DNA of 62,585 nt from a virus (lineage: Duplodnaviria > Caudoviricetes). This document shows positions 17,360 to 27,039 of the stretch, one piece after another; positions within the stretch are counted from its first letter, which is position 1; each line of letters opens with the position of its first letter. The stretch is from positions 1 to 62,585 of IMG/VR virus record IMGVR_UViG_3300044813_000005; one strand, 5' to 3'. The notes beneath the pieces were generated by a model. It had not been told where the DNA came from. It searched no databases and was given only the letters and a program-made list of their open reading frames with translations. Made by a program: the position numbers and the translations under genes.

Positions 17360-17560
17360 TCAGCGTTTCTTGCCGATCCCCGGATATTTGCGGGCGACCT
17401 TCGCGCGGACGGCTTTCTTCTGCGCCGGCGTGCCGTGCCTGGCGACCATCGACAGTGCGGCCCGAGCGTGGGTCCGGTCGTGGATGGGATACCGGCGGCC
17501 TGGCAGGGCGAAGTTAGACGCCTTGACGCGGGACCTGCCCTTAGCCGTGAGCTTCGCCAT
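17360..17560 (-). CDS. Small basic protein
   Basis: FALPGRRYPIHD..HARAAL motif seen in phage basic proteins; GGAGG RBS. Confidence 0.7.
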   Translation of the reverse strand: MAKLTAKGRSRVKASNFALPGRRYPIHDRTHARAALSMVARHGTPAQKKAVRAKVARKYPGIGKKR

Positions 17561-18469
17561 CGTGCCTCCCGACGTCCCGGTGAGCGCAGTCCCTCGCCTG
17601 ACATCCGCACCAGTCGGCCAGGCACAGCCGGTGGTCCCCGTTGGCGCAGTCGATCGACGCGCCTTTCACGGCCACCGCACCGTCCGGATGCACGTCGCGG
17701 GCGGGGCTGCGTGGCACGTACCGGTCGGGTATCCGCTCCGGCCCGATGTCGTTGTTGTACGGGCGGGCCGCGGTCCAGTGGGTCATGTGCGCGACAGGTG
17801 CGCGAACACCCTGAGGACTGCGGCGGCGTCGCCGTCAATGGCGGCGTAGATGCGGTCAGGCTTCGGCATGACAGCCTGACGCAGCCCGTCGAGCGCCTTG
17901 TCGAGCCCTTCCGGGTCGTCGTCCATCAGGTCGTCCGAATATTCGAAGACGATGACCATGCTCATGTCAGCTCCCACCAGTCGTCACGCCCGTCGCCGGT
18001 CAGGTGGACGCCGACGAGGCGCGGTGCACGGTGTGCCCGCCACCACAACTCGATCCACATGGGGCGGAGTTCGACTTGCTGCCCGCAGGCGGCGCACCAC
18101 AGGGCGACCCGGTCGAGACGGGCGCGAGTCATCGTCTCAGGCATCGAGCCGTCGTACCTCGCGCAACCCGCACGCCCCGCACTCGCGGCTCTGGGACCTG
18201 CCGTCGCGGCTGAGCTGCCACACGGACCAGACGTGCGGCGTGAACAGGAAGCACCACGGCCGCCTAGCCATCGGTCATCCGGCGTAGAGGCTGCCGAGCC
18301 GGCGGGCCTGCCGGATGTCAGTCTTCGTGTAACCGTGCGCCAGTAGCCAGTCCCGCCATAGTCGGTCGCCGATGGGCGGGTCGTCGATGCGCTGGCGGCG
18401 GCGCTCGTTGCGGGCATTGCACCAGCCGCAGTGGCAGTTGCGGGCGCCGTAGTGGCGGGGACGGTCCAC
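17541..18469 (-). CDS. Cluster of five small coupled hypothetical ORFs (17541-17786, 17783-17965, 17962-18144, 18137-18271, 18275-18469)
   Basis: Start/stop overlaps, several CxxC pairs. Confidence 0.55.
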
Positions 18470-18479
18470 GGCGCACCCC

Positions 18480-18797
18480 CGAGGTCAGCTCAGGAATCTA
18501 GCGTTTCTATGCTTGGCCAACTCGGCGGGCGTCCACGCTCAGACGGTCAGGTCACACCCACTCTGACCTGCGGTTTTGCCACTGGCCAACTTCGGCTCGT
18601 TACGCTCCGATTTCAGGGTCTACGTCGCGTTCCCGCTTTCACGGTTTGCCCATCCCGTCGGAGCAAGCGGGGCGATTAGAGCCGCGTCAGAGTCGGGAGC
18701 GGCCACCGGCCCACACTTTCCCGGCACCGGTGGGGTGTGTGCCGGGCGCAGCCGGCGGGCTTGGCTGCCACAGATCGCGGACGGACAACACGCGACG
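18480..18797 (-). ncRNA. Candidate structured RNA / long late-operon leader
   Basis: ~320 nt without credible ORF after promoter; multiple stems, GAAA-capped hairpin. Confidence 0.4.
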
Positions 18798-18802
18798 GTA
18801 AG

Positions 18803-18831
18803 ATGGTCGGCGCTCACTCACTCTCTGTCAA
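18803..18831 (-). promoter_or_regulatory. Probable late promoter
   Basis: TTGACA-17-GACCAT. Confidence 0.6.
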
Positions 18832-18856
18832 GTCGGGCGCGTTCGGCGTGTCGCCG

Positions 18857-19159
18857 TCAGTCCGGCCATTCGGCGTAGTGGCAGTTCGAGCGGGCGTCAT
18901 AGCCGACCAGCCGGTAGATCACCTTCCGGTTCGCGCCGTTGATGGTGAGCACGCCGTCGACCAGGCTGGCCCACGTATCGTCGCGTATCTGCGCAGCTTG
19001 GATGTCGCGGAGCAGGTCGACGGTGATCAGGATTCGCGGGTCGGCGCGGTCGACCCAAATGGGGCCGTCGTCAATCCGGGTGAGGACACATTCGCCTACG
19101 GAGCCAGGCGTCCATGCGTCGGGGTATCCGAACGGATGACTGTCGCAGCAGTCGCTCAC
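18857..19159 (-). CDS. Hypothetical protein
   Basis: GTGA coupling with HTH gene. Confidence 0.6.
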   Translation of the reverse strand: MSDCCDSHPFGYPDAWTPGSVGECVLTRIDDGPIWVDRADPRILITVDLLRDIQAAQIRDDTWASLVDGVLTINGANRKVIYRLVGYDARSNCHYAEWPD

Positions 19160-19350
19160 GCCGTGTCCTTCCGGTGTCGCCGACCGAGGTGTTCCATCAC
19201 CTGCGCGACCTCATGCAGGTCGTACAGCCGCCGGTTGTGGGTGCCGTGGGCGACGATCCGGCCCTCCGCCATCCACCGGCGCAGGGTGCTGGCAGGCAGG
19301 CCGGACCAGGCGACTGCTTGGTGGATGGTGACCAGCGGCCGTCGGGGCAC
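19156..19350 (-). CDS. MerR/excisionase-like HTH DNA-binding protein
   Basis: VTIHQAVAWSGLPASTLRRW..EGRI...LYDL. Confidence 0.75.
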   Translation of the reverse strand: MPRRPLVTIHQAVAWSGLPASTLRRWMAEGRIVAHGTHNRRLYDLHEVAQVMEHLGRRHRKDTA

Positions 19351-19428
19351 AGACGTAGGGTAGCGATCATGGCGGCGGGTCCGGGTACTCCGACGCCAGC
19401 GGTAGTTGAGGCTCGTCCCGGGGGGCGG

Positions 19429-19653
19429 TCACGGTCGGACCTCCCAAACTTCGGCGACAGCGCCGTCCTCCCGATACTCAAACCGGCCTGCTGGCACCGC
19501 GACAGCCCCCTCCGTAGGTCCGTCAGGCCTCCACACCGTCGGAATGGTCGCCCGGTCATACCAGCGCCCGTCTAGGTCGGCGGGGAGGAAGCCGTCGGGC
19601 AGTCCGACGCCGGGACGGATGACAACGTAATCGGGCAGCCACTCGCGGGTCAT
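19429..19653 (-). CDS. Hypothetical protein
   Basis: ATGA coupling, AAGGAAG RBS. Confidence 0.55.
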   Translation of the reverse strand: MTREWLPDYVVIRPGVGLPDGFLPADLDGRWYDRATIPTVWRPDGPTEGAVAVPAGRFEYREDGAVAEVWEVRP

Positions 19654-20372
19654 GCCGACTTCCTTTCCGCCTGATCGATGGCGGTCGCCAGCGACGGGAA
19701 ATGCTCCCACTCCCACGACTGCCCGCACGCCCGGCACTTCACCACGTCGGCGCGGGCCAGCATCCGCAGCATCGACCCGCACCGCACCCCGTCGACGATC
19801 GCGGGGCACGGGCCGACGACGACGACCGGCTCCCGACCTTCCCGGGCGACCCGCATCGCCGCGTGGACGGCGCGGACTTCGGCGGCGAACTCGTCGAACG
19901 CCGGGTGCTCGTCGGCCGCCCAGTCGAGGTGCGCGTCGAGGAACCGCACGATGGCGCCGAGCGCGGTCCGCAGGTCCGGCCACGTCCCGGTGACCGCCCA
20001 GCCGCGCAGGTCCCGCCAGTCCCGCTCCCACGTCTCCAAGGCGGCGAACACGGGCGTTGCGCCGATCTGGTCGTCGCAGTGGCCGCGGGGATGGGTGCTG
20101 CCGGGGCCGCGCAGGTTCAGCACATCCAGCCGGCCGGGGATCGGCGCCTCCCGGCTGCCGCTGACGCGCGGTGCCTTGTTGCCGGAACCGGCGGTGAGCT
20201 CCCGCTCGAGGCCGTCGTACATGGCGGGGAGCTCGAGGAGCACCTGCCGGAGCCGCCGGCGGCAGCCTTCACAGACGGGCCGTTCGTCGCCGACGTGGCC
20301 GGTGCAGCCGGGGCGGCAAAGTGAGCACTTGCACGGGTTGGCGTCGGGGTTGGTCGGCTCAGCCACCGTCAT
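19650..20372 (-). CDS. Zn-ribbon protein, candidate late transcription regulator
   Basis: CEGC, GPCP...CG, CRACG; last large gene of early operon. Confidence 0.6.
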   Translation of the reverse strand: MTVAEPTNPDANPCKCSLCRPGCTGHVGDERPVCEGCRRRLRQVLLELPAMYDGLERELTAGSGNKAPRVSGSREAPIPGRLDVLNLRGPGSTHPRGHCDDQIGATPVFAALETWERDWRDLRGWAVTGTWPDLRTALGAIVRFLDAHLDWAADEHPAFDEFAAEVRAVHAAMRVAREGREPVVVVGPCPAIVDGVRCGSMLRMLARADVVKCRACGQSWEWEHFPSLATAIDQAERKSA

Positions 20373-20499
20373 GGGTGGCCTCCGCCAGTATTTGCCCCGT
20401 CCGGGCCGCTCAGCGCGCCGTCAGGCGATTGCGGGCCCGTTCCGGGTGTCCGTGTAACCCATGAGCGTGGCCGGGTGCGGTCTGGGGGCTTCTGGGCGG

Positions 20500-20945
20500 T
20501 CATGCGGCCGGGTCCGGGTACTCCGACGCCAGGTCGGCGTAGTCGGGACAGCGGCCACCCTCATGCGACCAGCGGTCGAGTCGGTTAGGCCAGTAGCACC
20601 AGTGATCGGGGCCGTGCCGGTCGAGCCGGGCCGACGCCGACACACACTGCCGCTCGACTTGAACCGCGAACTGCACGGTGTGAGGGCTTTGGAGGGTCTG
20701 CGCGTGGCGTGCCCGGTCCCGTTCGGCTTCGATGCGCGCCCGGAGCACATCCGGGGCGGGCAGGTCGCTCACAGCAGTCCGTTCTGCGTCACGGCGTCCA
20801 CCACGGTCCGCACGACCGGCCAGCAGCCGACGTGGCACGGCCGGTGCCACTCGTCGACGGTGAGGCACGGCTGGCCGCACACGTGGCAGTCGCCGACCGG
20901 GGTGCGGGTCGGGGTCCACGGGGCGAGGTGCGGGTGCGTCATCAC
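20500..20945 (-). CDS. Two small hypothetical ORFs (20500-20772, 20769-20945)
   Basis: GTGA couplings. Confidence 0.5.
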
Positions 20946-22480
20946 AGATCCTCCGCTCGGTAAGCAAGCCACGGCATCGTCGTCGCCGACCCACGGCGCA
21001 GGTGCCGAGGCCAAGCTCGCTCGTCCCTAGCGCCGCGCCACGGCACCAGGTCGACAAGGGAAACGGGTTCGTTCTCCGGCTGCCCTGACTCCGGCCGCAA
21101 CCCGTAGCCGAACTCCGGCCAGCGCAGATACAGCGATGAGCCGACGGGCCGGACAGACCGGTTCTTGCCCCACTCGCCGTGACCGGCGTGGGCTTCCAAC
21201 ATGACGGCGCAGTCGGCCTGGACGCGAGCCGCGTCGAGTGCGGCGACAACCCGTCGGGCCGTCTGTTCGTCGTTCGGGTTGTCTAGATGGAGCCGGTACA
21301 AGGGGCCGAGGATCAGCACGTCCGGGCGGTGGGCGATCACCCGCTCCAACAGCCACGCCGCGTCGTCGGCGCTGCAAAGGTCCACCCCTTCCGGCCGGAG
21401 GACGATCCGCAGATTCCCGGCAGGAACCGGGCGGTGGTACTGGGCAGCGGCGGCGTCGACCAGCGGCCGGTAGGCGCGGCGGTTCTGCCGCATGGTGTTC
21501 TCGCAGTCGATGACGAGAACCCGCAACGGGTCGAACTGGTCGAATGTGACGGGATGGATGCCGGCGGCGAAGCACACGGCCAGCATCCGCAGGTAGACGC
21601 TCTTGCCCAGCCCCTCGAAGCCGGTGAGCATGAACCGCTCGCCACGTTCCAGCAGGTTCGGGACGAGCCATTCGTAGTCAGGGTCAGGCGTGTCCAGCAG
21701 CGTATGCACGTCCGGGGCCAGGTCGGGCTGGATGGCCTTCTCGGGGGTGCGGGTCACGACGACCTGGTCCAGCGTCAACCCTGCGCCAAGGTGGGCGGCG
21801 ATGTCCTTGTGGGGGTCGGCGGCTTCCACGATCCACACCCGCCGGGCGACCCCTTCGAGGCTGGTGGCGATTGTGCGGGCGTGCGCCTGGCCGGGCTTGT
21901 CCTTGTCAGCGAAGATGGTGACGTCGGCCTCGGTGAACCAGATGGCGTATTCGGGTCGCCACTTCCCCGCCCCACCCGGATTACAGGTGGCGACCTTCCC
22001 GTGTGCGACGAGCGCGAGAGCGTCCTTCTCACCTTCGGTGATGCACACGGACCGGTCGTCCGCGACGGCATCGAGGAGTTCAGGGAGTCGGAACAGGACG
22101 CGGCGGGTGTCGCCTAGGGACCACCGCCATCCGGTCTTCGCGGTCGGGTCGGGCCGGCGTTGCGGGAACTGCTTGTCGAGGGTGCGGAGCACCTGGAACA
22201 GGAGCTGGCCGTATTCGTCGCGATAGTCGTAGACCGCGGTGGCGTCACCGTGCGGCGTCCACTCGGCGTGGCTGTCGGCCGGGCCGCGGAGGTCGAGGGC
22301 TTCGGCGACCGCGGTCTGGTCGCAGCCGGCGTGGCATTTCGCGAGCACCTTCCCGGCGTCGGTGACGGTGAGGGACAGCGACGGGTTGTGGTCGTCGTGG
22401 ACGGGACAGCGGGCGATCCACCCGACGCCGTTGCGCCGGAGCCCGTCGAGATGGCTGATGGTGTCGGGAAGCGTCGTCAT
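20942..22480 (-). CDS. Primase-helicase (Zn finger, TOPRIM, RepA/AAA_25)
   Basis: CPVHDD..PSL, CHAGC, EGEKD, D.D..G, GFEGLGKS. Confidence 0.9.
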   Translation of the reverse strand: MTTLPDTISHLDGLRRNGVGWIARCPVHDDHNPSLSLTVTDAGKVLAKCHAGCDQTAVAEALDLRGPADSHAEWTPHGDATAVYDYRDEYGQLLFQVLRTLDKQFPQRRPDPTAKTGWRWSLGDTRRVLFRLPELLDAVADDRSVCITEGEKDALALVAHGKVATCNPGGAGKWRPEYAIWFTEADVTIFADKDKPGQAHARTIATSLEGVARRVWIVEAADPHKDIAAHLGAGLTLDQVVVTRTPEKAIQPDLAPDVHTLLDTPDPDYEWLVPNLLERGERFMLTGFEGLGKSVYLRMLAVCFAAGIHPVTFDQFDPLRVLVIDCENTMRQNRRAYRPLVDAAAAQYHRPVPAGNLRIVLRPEGVDLCSADDAAWLLERVIAHRPDVLILGPLYRLHLDNPNDEQTARRVVAALDAARVQADCAVMLEAHAGHGEWGKNRSVRPVGSSLYLRWPEFGYGLRPESGQPENEPVSLVDLVPWRGARDERAWPRHLRRGSATTMPWLAYRAEDL

Positions 22481-23217
22481 CAGTTGTTCCAGAAGTGCGA
22501 GGTGTGGCCCTGCTGCGCGGCGACGGGCTCGCGTTCGATGGTCCGCCGTAGCCAGTTCCGCCACGTCGCGGACCAGTCGAGCTTGATCCCGTCGCGGCCG
22601 GGTTTCGCGATCCAGTAGTCGACGAACCGCGGTTGCTCTCGTCTGGCGAGGGTGTCGCTGATGCCGTGGGCGCGTTGCCAGGCCAGGTCGTCGTCGTTCG
22701 GTTTCCAGTCGGGTTCGAGTCGGGTGCCGCGCTGGCGCGGCGGTTGTTCGGCTTGACTGGACTGGACTTCCTTCTTACCTACTTCCGTAACTACAGTGTA
22801 TTTAAGCGATTCCGTCCCCTCCATATCTCGGACTCCGTCCGGATTCCGAGCGGAATCCGCCTGGAGTCCGGTTGGATGCTGGAGGCGTTTCCGCTCCCGG
22901 TCGGTACGCAGCTTCCGGCCCCGCTCCTCTGCGGTTTCGTTGATCCGCGTCCACGAACGAACCTGGTACCCGCCGTCTACGCGAACCCAGAGCCCCTCGT
23001 TGACGAGCGCGTCGGCGCGACGGCGAACGTTCTTCAGGCCAGCTCCGATGTACCTCTCCATCTGTGTCTCGGTGAAGAAACCATCGCTGTCGGAGGTGGA
23101 AAGGAACGCGATCGCACGGCAGAACAGCAGCTCCGCAGCCTCACCAGCAGCGATGATCGCGTCATCACTGGCGTAGTTCGCGAGCAGTTTCCCGTATGCA
23201 CCGACCCTGCGCGGCAT
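22480..23217 (-). CDS. Replication initiator protein
   Basis: N-terminal wHTH-like region, C-terminal FVDYW...KLDWSATWRNW; internal iteron array. Confidence 0.75.
   Translation of the reverse strand: MPRRVGAYGKLLANYASDDAIIAAGEAAELLFCRAIAFLSTSDSDGFFTETQMERYIGAGLKNVRRRADALVNEGLWVRVDGGYQVRSWTRINETAEERGRKLRTDRERKRLQHPTGLQADSARNPDGVRDMEGTESLKYTVVTEVGKKEVQSSQAEQPPRQRGTRLEPDWKPNDDDLAWQRAHGISDTLARREQPRFVDYWIAKPGRDGIKLDWSATWRNWLRRTIEREPVAAQQGHTSHFWNN
22770..22869. other. Candidate replication origin
   Basis: GGANTCC at 22830, 22841, 22852, 22863 (11-bp period) beside AT-richer 22770-22806. Confidence 0.65.
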
Positions 23218-23750
23218 CAGAACCGCCTCGGCGCGTGGGCCATCGGGAGGTAGCAGTCGCGCGGTTTGTCGGGGACGAGGCCGCTGTAGTACGTCTCGAT
23301 CTGCACGTCGGTCGACCAGCAGCGCCGGCAGTAGGACTCCCCAACCTCGTTGATGTCAGTGAACCCCCACAGGCGGCACCCGTCGCAGTTGGCGAGCCGC
23401 GGTGTCGGGTCGGACGGCCGGGCGCTCTCCCAGGCGGCCTCTCCGCGGGGTCCGGCGGGCCGTAGAACGACGACCTGGTACATGCGGGGGTACTCGTCGA
23501 GTGCGAGAAGTGCGGCGAGTTCTCGCGCTTTCCACAGCCGCTGATCCTGCGGTCCCTTCGCCTCGCAGTAGGTGCGAAGCGTCGGCAGGTAGAAGTCGGG
23601 GTCGTAGACCGCCCCGGAAGGGAACCGAACCGGGTCGGGTTCGTACTCGAAATAGACCTCAAGCTCGGTGAGCATGGCCGCCCAATCGGCCTCAAGTCTC
23701 GAACGGTAGGACACGCCGTTGTAGGTGGTCGGGACCGCGGTAATAGTCAT
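23217..23750 (-). CDS. PD-(D/E)XK nuclease
   Basis: YRSRLEADWA, FEYEP, YDPDFYLP, EAKG. Confidence 0.8.
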   Translation of the reverse strand: MTITAVPTTYNGVSYRSRLEADWAAMLTELEVYFEYEPDPVRFPSGAVYDPDFYLPTLRTYCEAKGPQDQRLWKARELAALLALDEYPRMYQVVVLRPAGPRGEAAWESARPSDPTPRLANCDGCRLWGFTDINEVGESYCRRCWSTDVQIETYYSGLVPDKPRDCYLPMAHAPRRF

Positions 23751-24415
23751 GCCGACGCACGCAGGCGGCGCTTCGACTCGGCCCACTGGTGCCGCCTGCC
23801 GTCCCGACGGCACTGCTCGTTGCAGTAGCGGCCGTTCCCGTGCATGGCTGGCAGGTCGCCGCCGCAGGCCGCGCAGCGCTCATTCTGGGGGGTTGGGATG
23901 GGGCGCGGGCGGCGTCGGCTGATGATGCCTTCTGACATCCAGCGGCCACCCCACACGCCGGACTCACGTCCGGCAATGCCGGCCTGTAGGCACCGTTGCC
24001 GTACCGGGCAGGTCATGCAGATGCGGATGGCGTCGTAGGTGGCTGGGCCAGCAGGGTTGGGGTCGTGCCACAGCTCAGGATCAACCCCGATGCAGGCGGC
24101 GTCTGCGGTCCAGTGGACCGACGAGCCGATCGGTAGACCGGTTTGGGTAAGGTTCGTCACGGCCAATGCTCCCGTTCGTGGATGGGTGCGGCGGCAAGGT
24201 CCGGCGACGGGGGCTAACCGTCGTCGGACCGCTTCAGTTGTAGACCAATTCTCCCATGCGTACAAGGGAAAGTCACGCCTTGTCGTGCCGTCCCCCCGCA
24301 CCAGATGCAGGCCGTCGCGCCAGGGCCGGGGACGGTCGGCGTCGATGAGGACGGTGGGCGGGTGGGGGCAGTTGGTGCGGCCGTCTGGCCGGCAGCGGGT
24401 GGGGGTGTCGTTCAT
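23747..24415 (-). CDS. whiB: WhiB-family Fe-S transcription factor with C-terminal Zn finger (possible internal start 24160)
   Basis: AAC...DPELW, CMTCPVRQRC, GVWGG. Confidence 0.85.
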   Translation of the reverse strand: MNDTPTRCRPDGRTNCPHPPTVLIDADRPRPWRDGLHLVRGDGTTRRDFPLYAWENWSTTEAVRRRLAPVAGPCRRTHPRTGALAVTNLTQTGLPIGSSVHWTADAACIGVDPELWHDPNPAGPATYDAIRICMTCPVRQRCLQAGIAGRESGVWGGRWMSEGIISRRRPRPIPTPQNERCAACGGDLPAMHGNGRYCNEQCRRDGRRHQWAESKRRLRASA

Positions 24416-24882
24416 GCGGAGCCCCGGACCCGGCGCTTGTATGCGTTCGAGTAGGCGCGTAGGCAGGTGAGACAGATACGTCGAGAGCTAGTGCCCCGCA
24501 GCTCTATCCGCAGATTGTCACCGGAGAACGGATGGCCTTGGGCGCAGTGCGTCTTCTCGGCCTGGAAGTGCGCGGCAGTCCGCGGCGCTCGCCTCAGATT
24601 CTCCGCGTGGGTGACGGGTTCTAGGTGGTCGGGGTTCACGCACGGCGGGTTACGGCATAGGTGGTCGAGTTCAAGACCTTCTGGAATCGGGCCGACCAGC
24701 ATTGTCCAAGCAGCACGGTGGGCCGAGGCCATCCGGTGGCGGCCACCTAGAGAGACCGTCCCGTAGCCGGCCCTGTTACGCGCGCCTGTCCACTCCCAGC
24801 ACACCCCTGACGCATCTACTCGCGGCCAGAATCTCTCCCAGAGGGGTGTCCTCTTGCGTCCCGGCCGACTGCCGGTGCTCAT
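24412..24882 (-). CDS. HNH homing endonuclease
   Basis: CWEWTG, AHR, LDHLCRNPPCVNPDHLE, KTHC..GH. Confidence 0.9.
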   Translation of the reverse strand: MSTGSRPGRKRTPLWERFWPRVDASGVCWEWTGARNRAGYGTVSLGGRHRMASAHRAAWTMLVGPIPEGLELDHLCRNPPCVNPDHLEPVTHAENLRRAPRTAAHFQAEKTHCAQGHPFSGDNLRIELRGTSSRRICLTCLRAYSNAYKRRVRGSA

Positions 24883-25436
24883 ACGATCACCTCGGGCCAA
24901 ATCACCTTCGCGAGCCCTTTGGCGTTGGCTGCGGGTACGTCGGCGAGCGGCTGCCCGGCGGCGTGGTAACCCATCGCGCACAACACAGCGGCATCAGCCA
25001 GATCGTGGCTGCCGTCGAATCCGTCAGTCCAGACGTGTCCGTACCGTTTGGCGACGTGTTCGAGGACCAGGCCTTTGCTGCCGTTGCCTTTGCCGGTGGC
25101 GTAGAGGGCGCGGGCGGCGGGTGACACGACGGCGTAGGGCTGGTCGAGTCGGTCCAGCCGGGTGATGACTTTCCACCACAGTCCGGCGCGGTCCCACGCG
25201 CCGGGGGTGCTGCTGCCGTACGACGGGCCTTCAATGACTACGAACTCGGCGGGGTCGGTGTAGTCGCGGACGTCGGCCATGACCCGTTCGATGCGCAGGG
25301 CGCGATCTTCCCAGGTGGCGTCGATCCGGCCGTCGCTGGCGATGAGGTGGTGCCAGCCTTGTCCGGCGATGCCGGTGCTGGTGAGGGACAGATCGACGCC
25401 GACGACGCGAAGGCGGAGCCCGTTGTGGTCGGTCAT
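24879..25436 (-). CDS. RuvC-like Holliday junction resolvase
   Basis: GVDLSLTSTG, VVIEG, ATGKGN..K, DLADA. Confidence 0.88.
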   Translation of the reverse strand: MTDHNGLRLRVVGVDLSLTSTGIAGQGWHHLIASDGRIDATWEDRALRIERVMADVRDYTDPAEFVVIEGPSYGSSTPGAWDRAGLWWKVITRLDRLDQPYAVVSPAARALYATGKGNGSKGLVLEHVAKRYGHVWTDGFDGSHDLADAAVLCAMGYHAAGQPLADVPAANAKGLAKVIWPEVIV

Positions 25437-25812
25437 GTGTCGTGCCACCCGTCGGCGATGTACAGCATCTCGTCGGCGGTCAGCGGTTCATCGGCCAAGG
25501 CGGCACCCATAAACACGGCATCAATGAGTGGCTCGCGGAGCAGCCCGTAGATGAACGCGGTGTGCTTAGCGCGGCCGTCGGGCCGGGCGGCGATGGCGTC
25601 GATGAATCGACGGGCGGGATCGCTCATGGCGTGGTGCGGGCGGGGGCAGCGGCTTCCCCTTCCGCCACCCCCGCCCGGTCTGTGGGCTGCTGCCACCACA
25701 CGCCGGCCCCGTGCGAGGCGGGTGCGGGCCGTCCGGTGAGGAGCCGGGCGAGGTCGGTGGGGATGCGGACGACGCCTGCGGAGCGGAGCCACCGCCGGTC
25801 GGCGCGGGTCAT
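25433..25812 (-). CDS. Two small hypothetical ORFs (25433-25627, 25624-25812)
   Basis: ATGA couplings. Confidence 0.5.
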
Positions 25813-26585
25813 GCTGCCCCCTCGAAGATGGATGGCTGGTGGTATTCGGTGCCTTGGAGTGCCCGGTCACGCCAGCGGGTGGCATAGCGCAGGCAGTTGG
25901 CGCAGGACTTGTGGCCGGTGCAACCGGGGAGGGTGCGGTCGCGGCGGGCGCGGAATGACCAGCTCATGCTGTCGGCGCTGGTGAGGTGGGCGGCGTAGGT
26001 GCGGAGGCCGTCGCCTTTGCAGCCGAATCCGTGTAGGCGGATGCCGAGGCTGGCTACGAGCTCGAGGATGTGGGCGACTTCGCCGGTGTTCTGCCTGCGA
26101 CATACGGATCCGACGCCGACGGTCGGTTCGACGGTGAGGTCGATCCCGGCGGCGGCGTACTGGTCGGCGTGGTTGAGGTAGTCGGCGGCGGCGAACCCTT
26201 GGAGGACGGGGATCCACGGCAGGTCGGGGGCGGCGTGGCGTAGCTCCAGTAGGTTGTCGGTGGTGCGCTGCTGGTGGTCGGCGACGGTGAGGCCGGTCTT
26301 GTCGAGGACGAACGGTTCGCACATCCAGTCCTGTGGGGCGGCCCAGTCGAGCTTGCCGATCTGGTCGGCGTACCGGCGGGCGGCGGCGACGTAGGGCCGC
26401 GCACCCTCGGCGTAGGCGTCGGCGCCGTGGAGGTTGAGTTCGGTGAATCCGCCGGAGTCGAGGACCCACGGGTGCAGGGCGCGGGGGAACGTCTTCCGAC
26501 CGGCGAGGCGGCGGTGGCTGACCATCAGCGGGTACGGGGCGACGTCCAGCCAGGACGGCATGTGGGTGCCGAGGTAGAACATCAT
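25809..26585 (-). CDS. DpdA/TGT-like deazaguanine DNA transglycosylase
   Basis: LDSGGF, QDWMCEP, PVLQG, GVGSVCRR, LHGFG, SADS motifs of TGT-fold enzymes. Confidence 0.75.
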   Translation of the reverse strand: MMFYLGTHMPSWLDVAPYPLMVSHRRLAGRKTFPRALHPWVLDSGGFTELNLHGADAYAEGARPYVAAARRYADQIGKLDWAAPQDWMCEPFVLDKTGLTVADHQQRTTDNLLELRHAAPDLPWIPVLQGFAAADYLNHADQYAAAGIDLTVEPTVGVGSVCRRQNTGEVAHILELVASLGIRLHGFGCKGDGLRTYAAHLTSADSMSWSFRARRDRTLPGCTGHKSCANCLRYATRWRDRALQGTEYHQPSIFEGAA

Positions 26586-26770
26586 GCGGTCACCGCACCG
26601 GGGAGGTTCAGACCGCGCAGCCGGTCAACCTCGGTGACCAACGCCAACATGGTCGGGCGGTAATCCTCGTCGGGGTGGCTGCACTCACCGGGCAGACCGG
26701 CGTCACAAGGACCGCATACCTGCAACCACGTCTCACGGATTGCGTCCGTGTCGGCGTCGTAGGTGCTCAT
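26582..26770 (-). CDS. Small hypothetical protein
   Basis: ATGA couplings. Confidence 0.55.
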   Translation of the reverse strand: MSTYDADTDAIRETWLQVCGPCDAGLPGECSHPDEDYRPTMLALVTEVDRLRGLNLPGAVTA

Positions 26771-27039
26771 GGGGTACCACCCGCAATGTGGCGCTTCCGA
26801 TACTCGCGATCGCGATCTCTATTAGCCCTCCGGCAGTCCGCGCACCGACACCCATAGTTGACATACGTGGTGTAGACGCCATGTTCGCGACCGGCTGGAA
26901 GGAGAACGGCAGCCCGCCGTGCGCGCCGGACGCAACAACTGGCTACCCAGGCTTGGCGGCAGGCTGCGCACCGGCACCGAAGATTGTTGTAGCCGTTCTC
27001 CGTACCGTGCCGTGGGTCGTCAATGGTGAGGTTGCTCAT
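26767..27039 (-). CDS. Small Zn-binding repeat protein (HG...Y.N..CRC..CR x2)
   Basis: Duplicated Cys motif; lower GC. Confidence 0.65.
   Translation of the reverse strand: MSNLTIDDPRHGTENGYNNLRCRCAACRQAWVASCCVRRARRAAVLLPAGREHGVYTTYVNYGCRCADCRRANRDRDREYRKRHIAGGTP

Noticed and set aside
18604-18664. Canonical c-di-GMP-I riboswitch
   Set aside because: Only the P2-like module matches; the AAAG junction and P3 receptor are not evident
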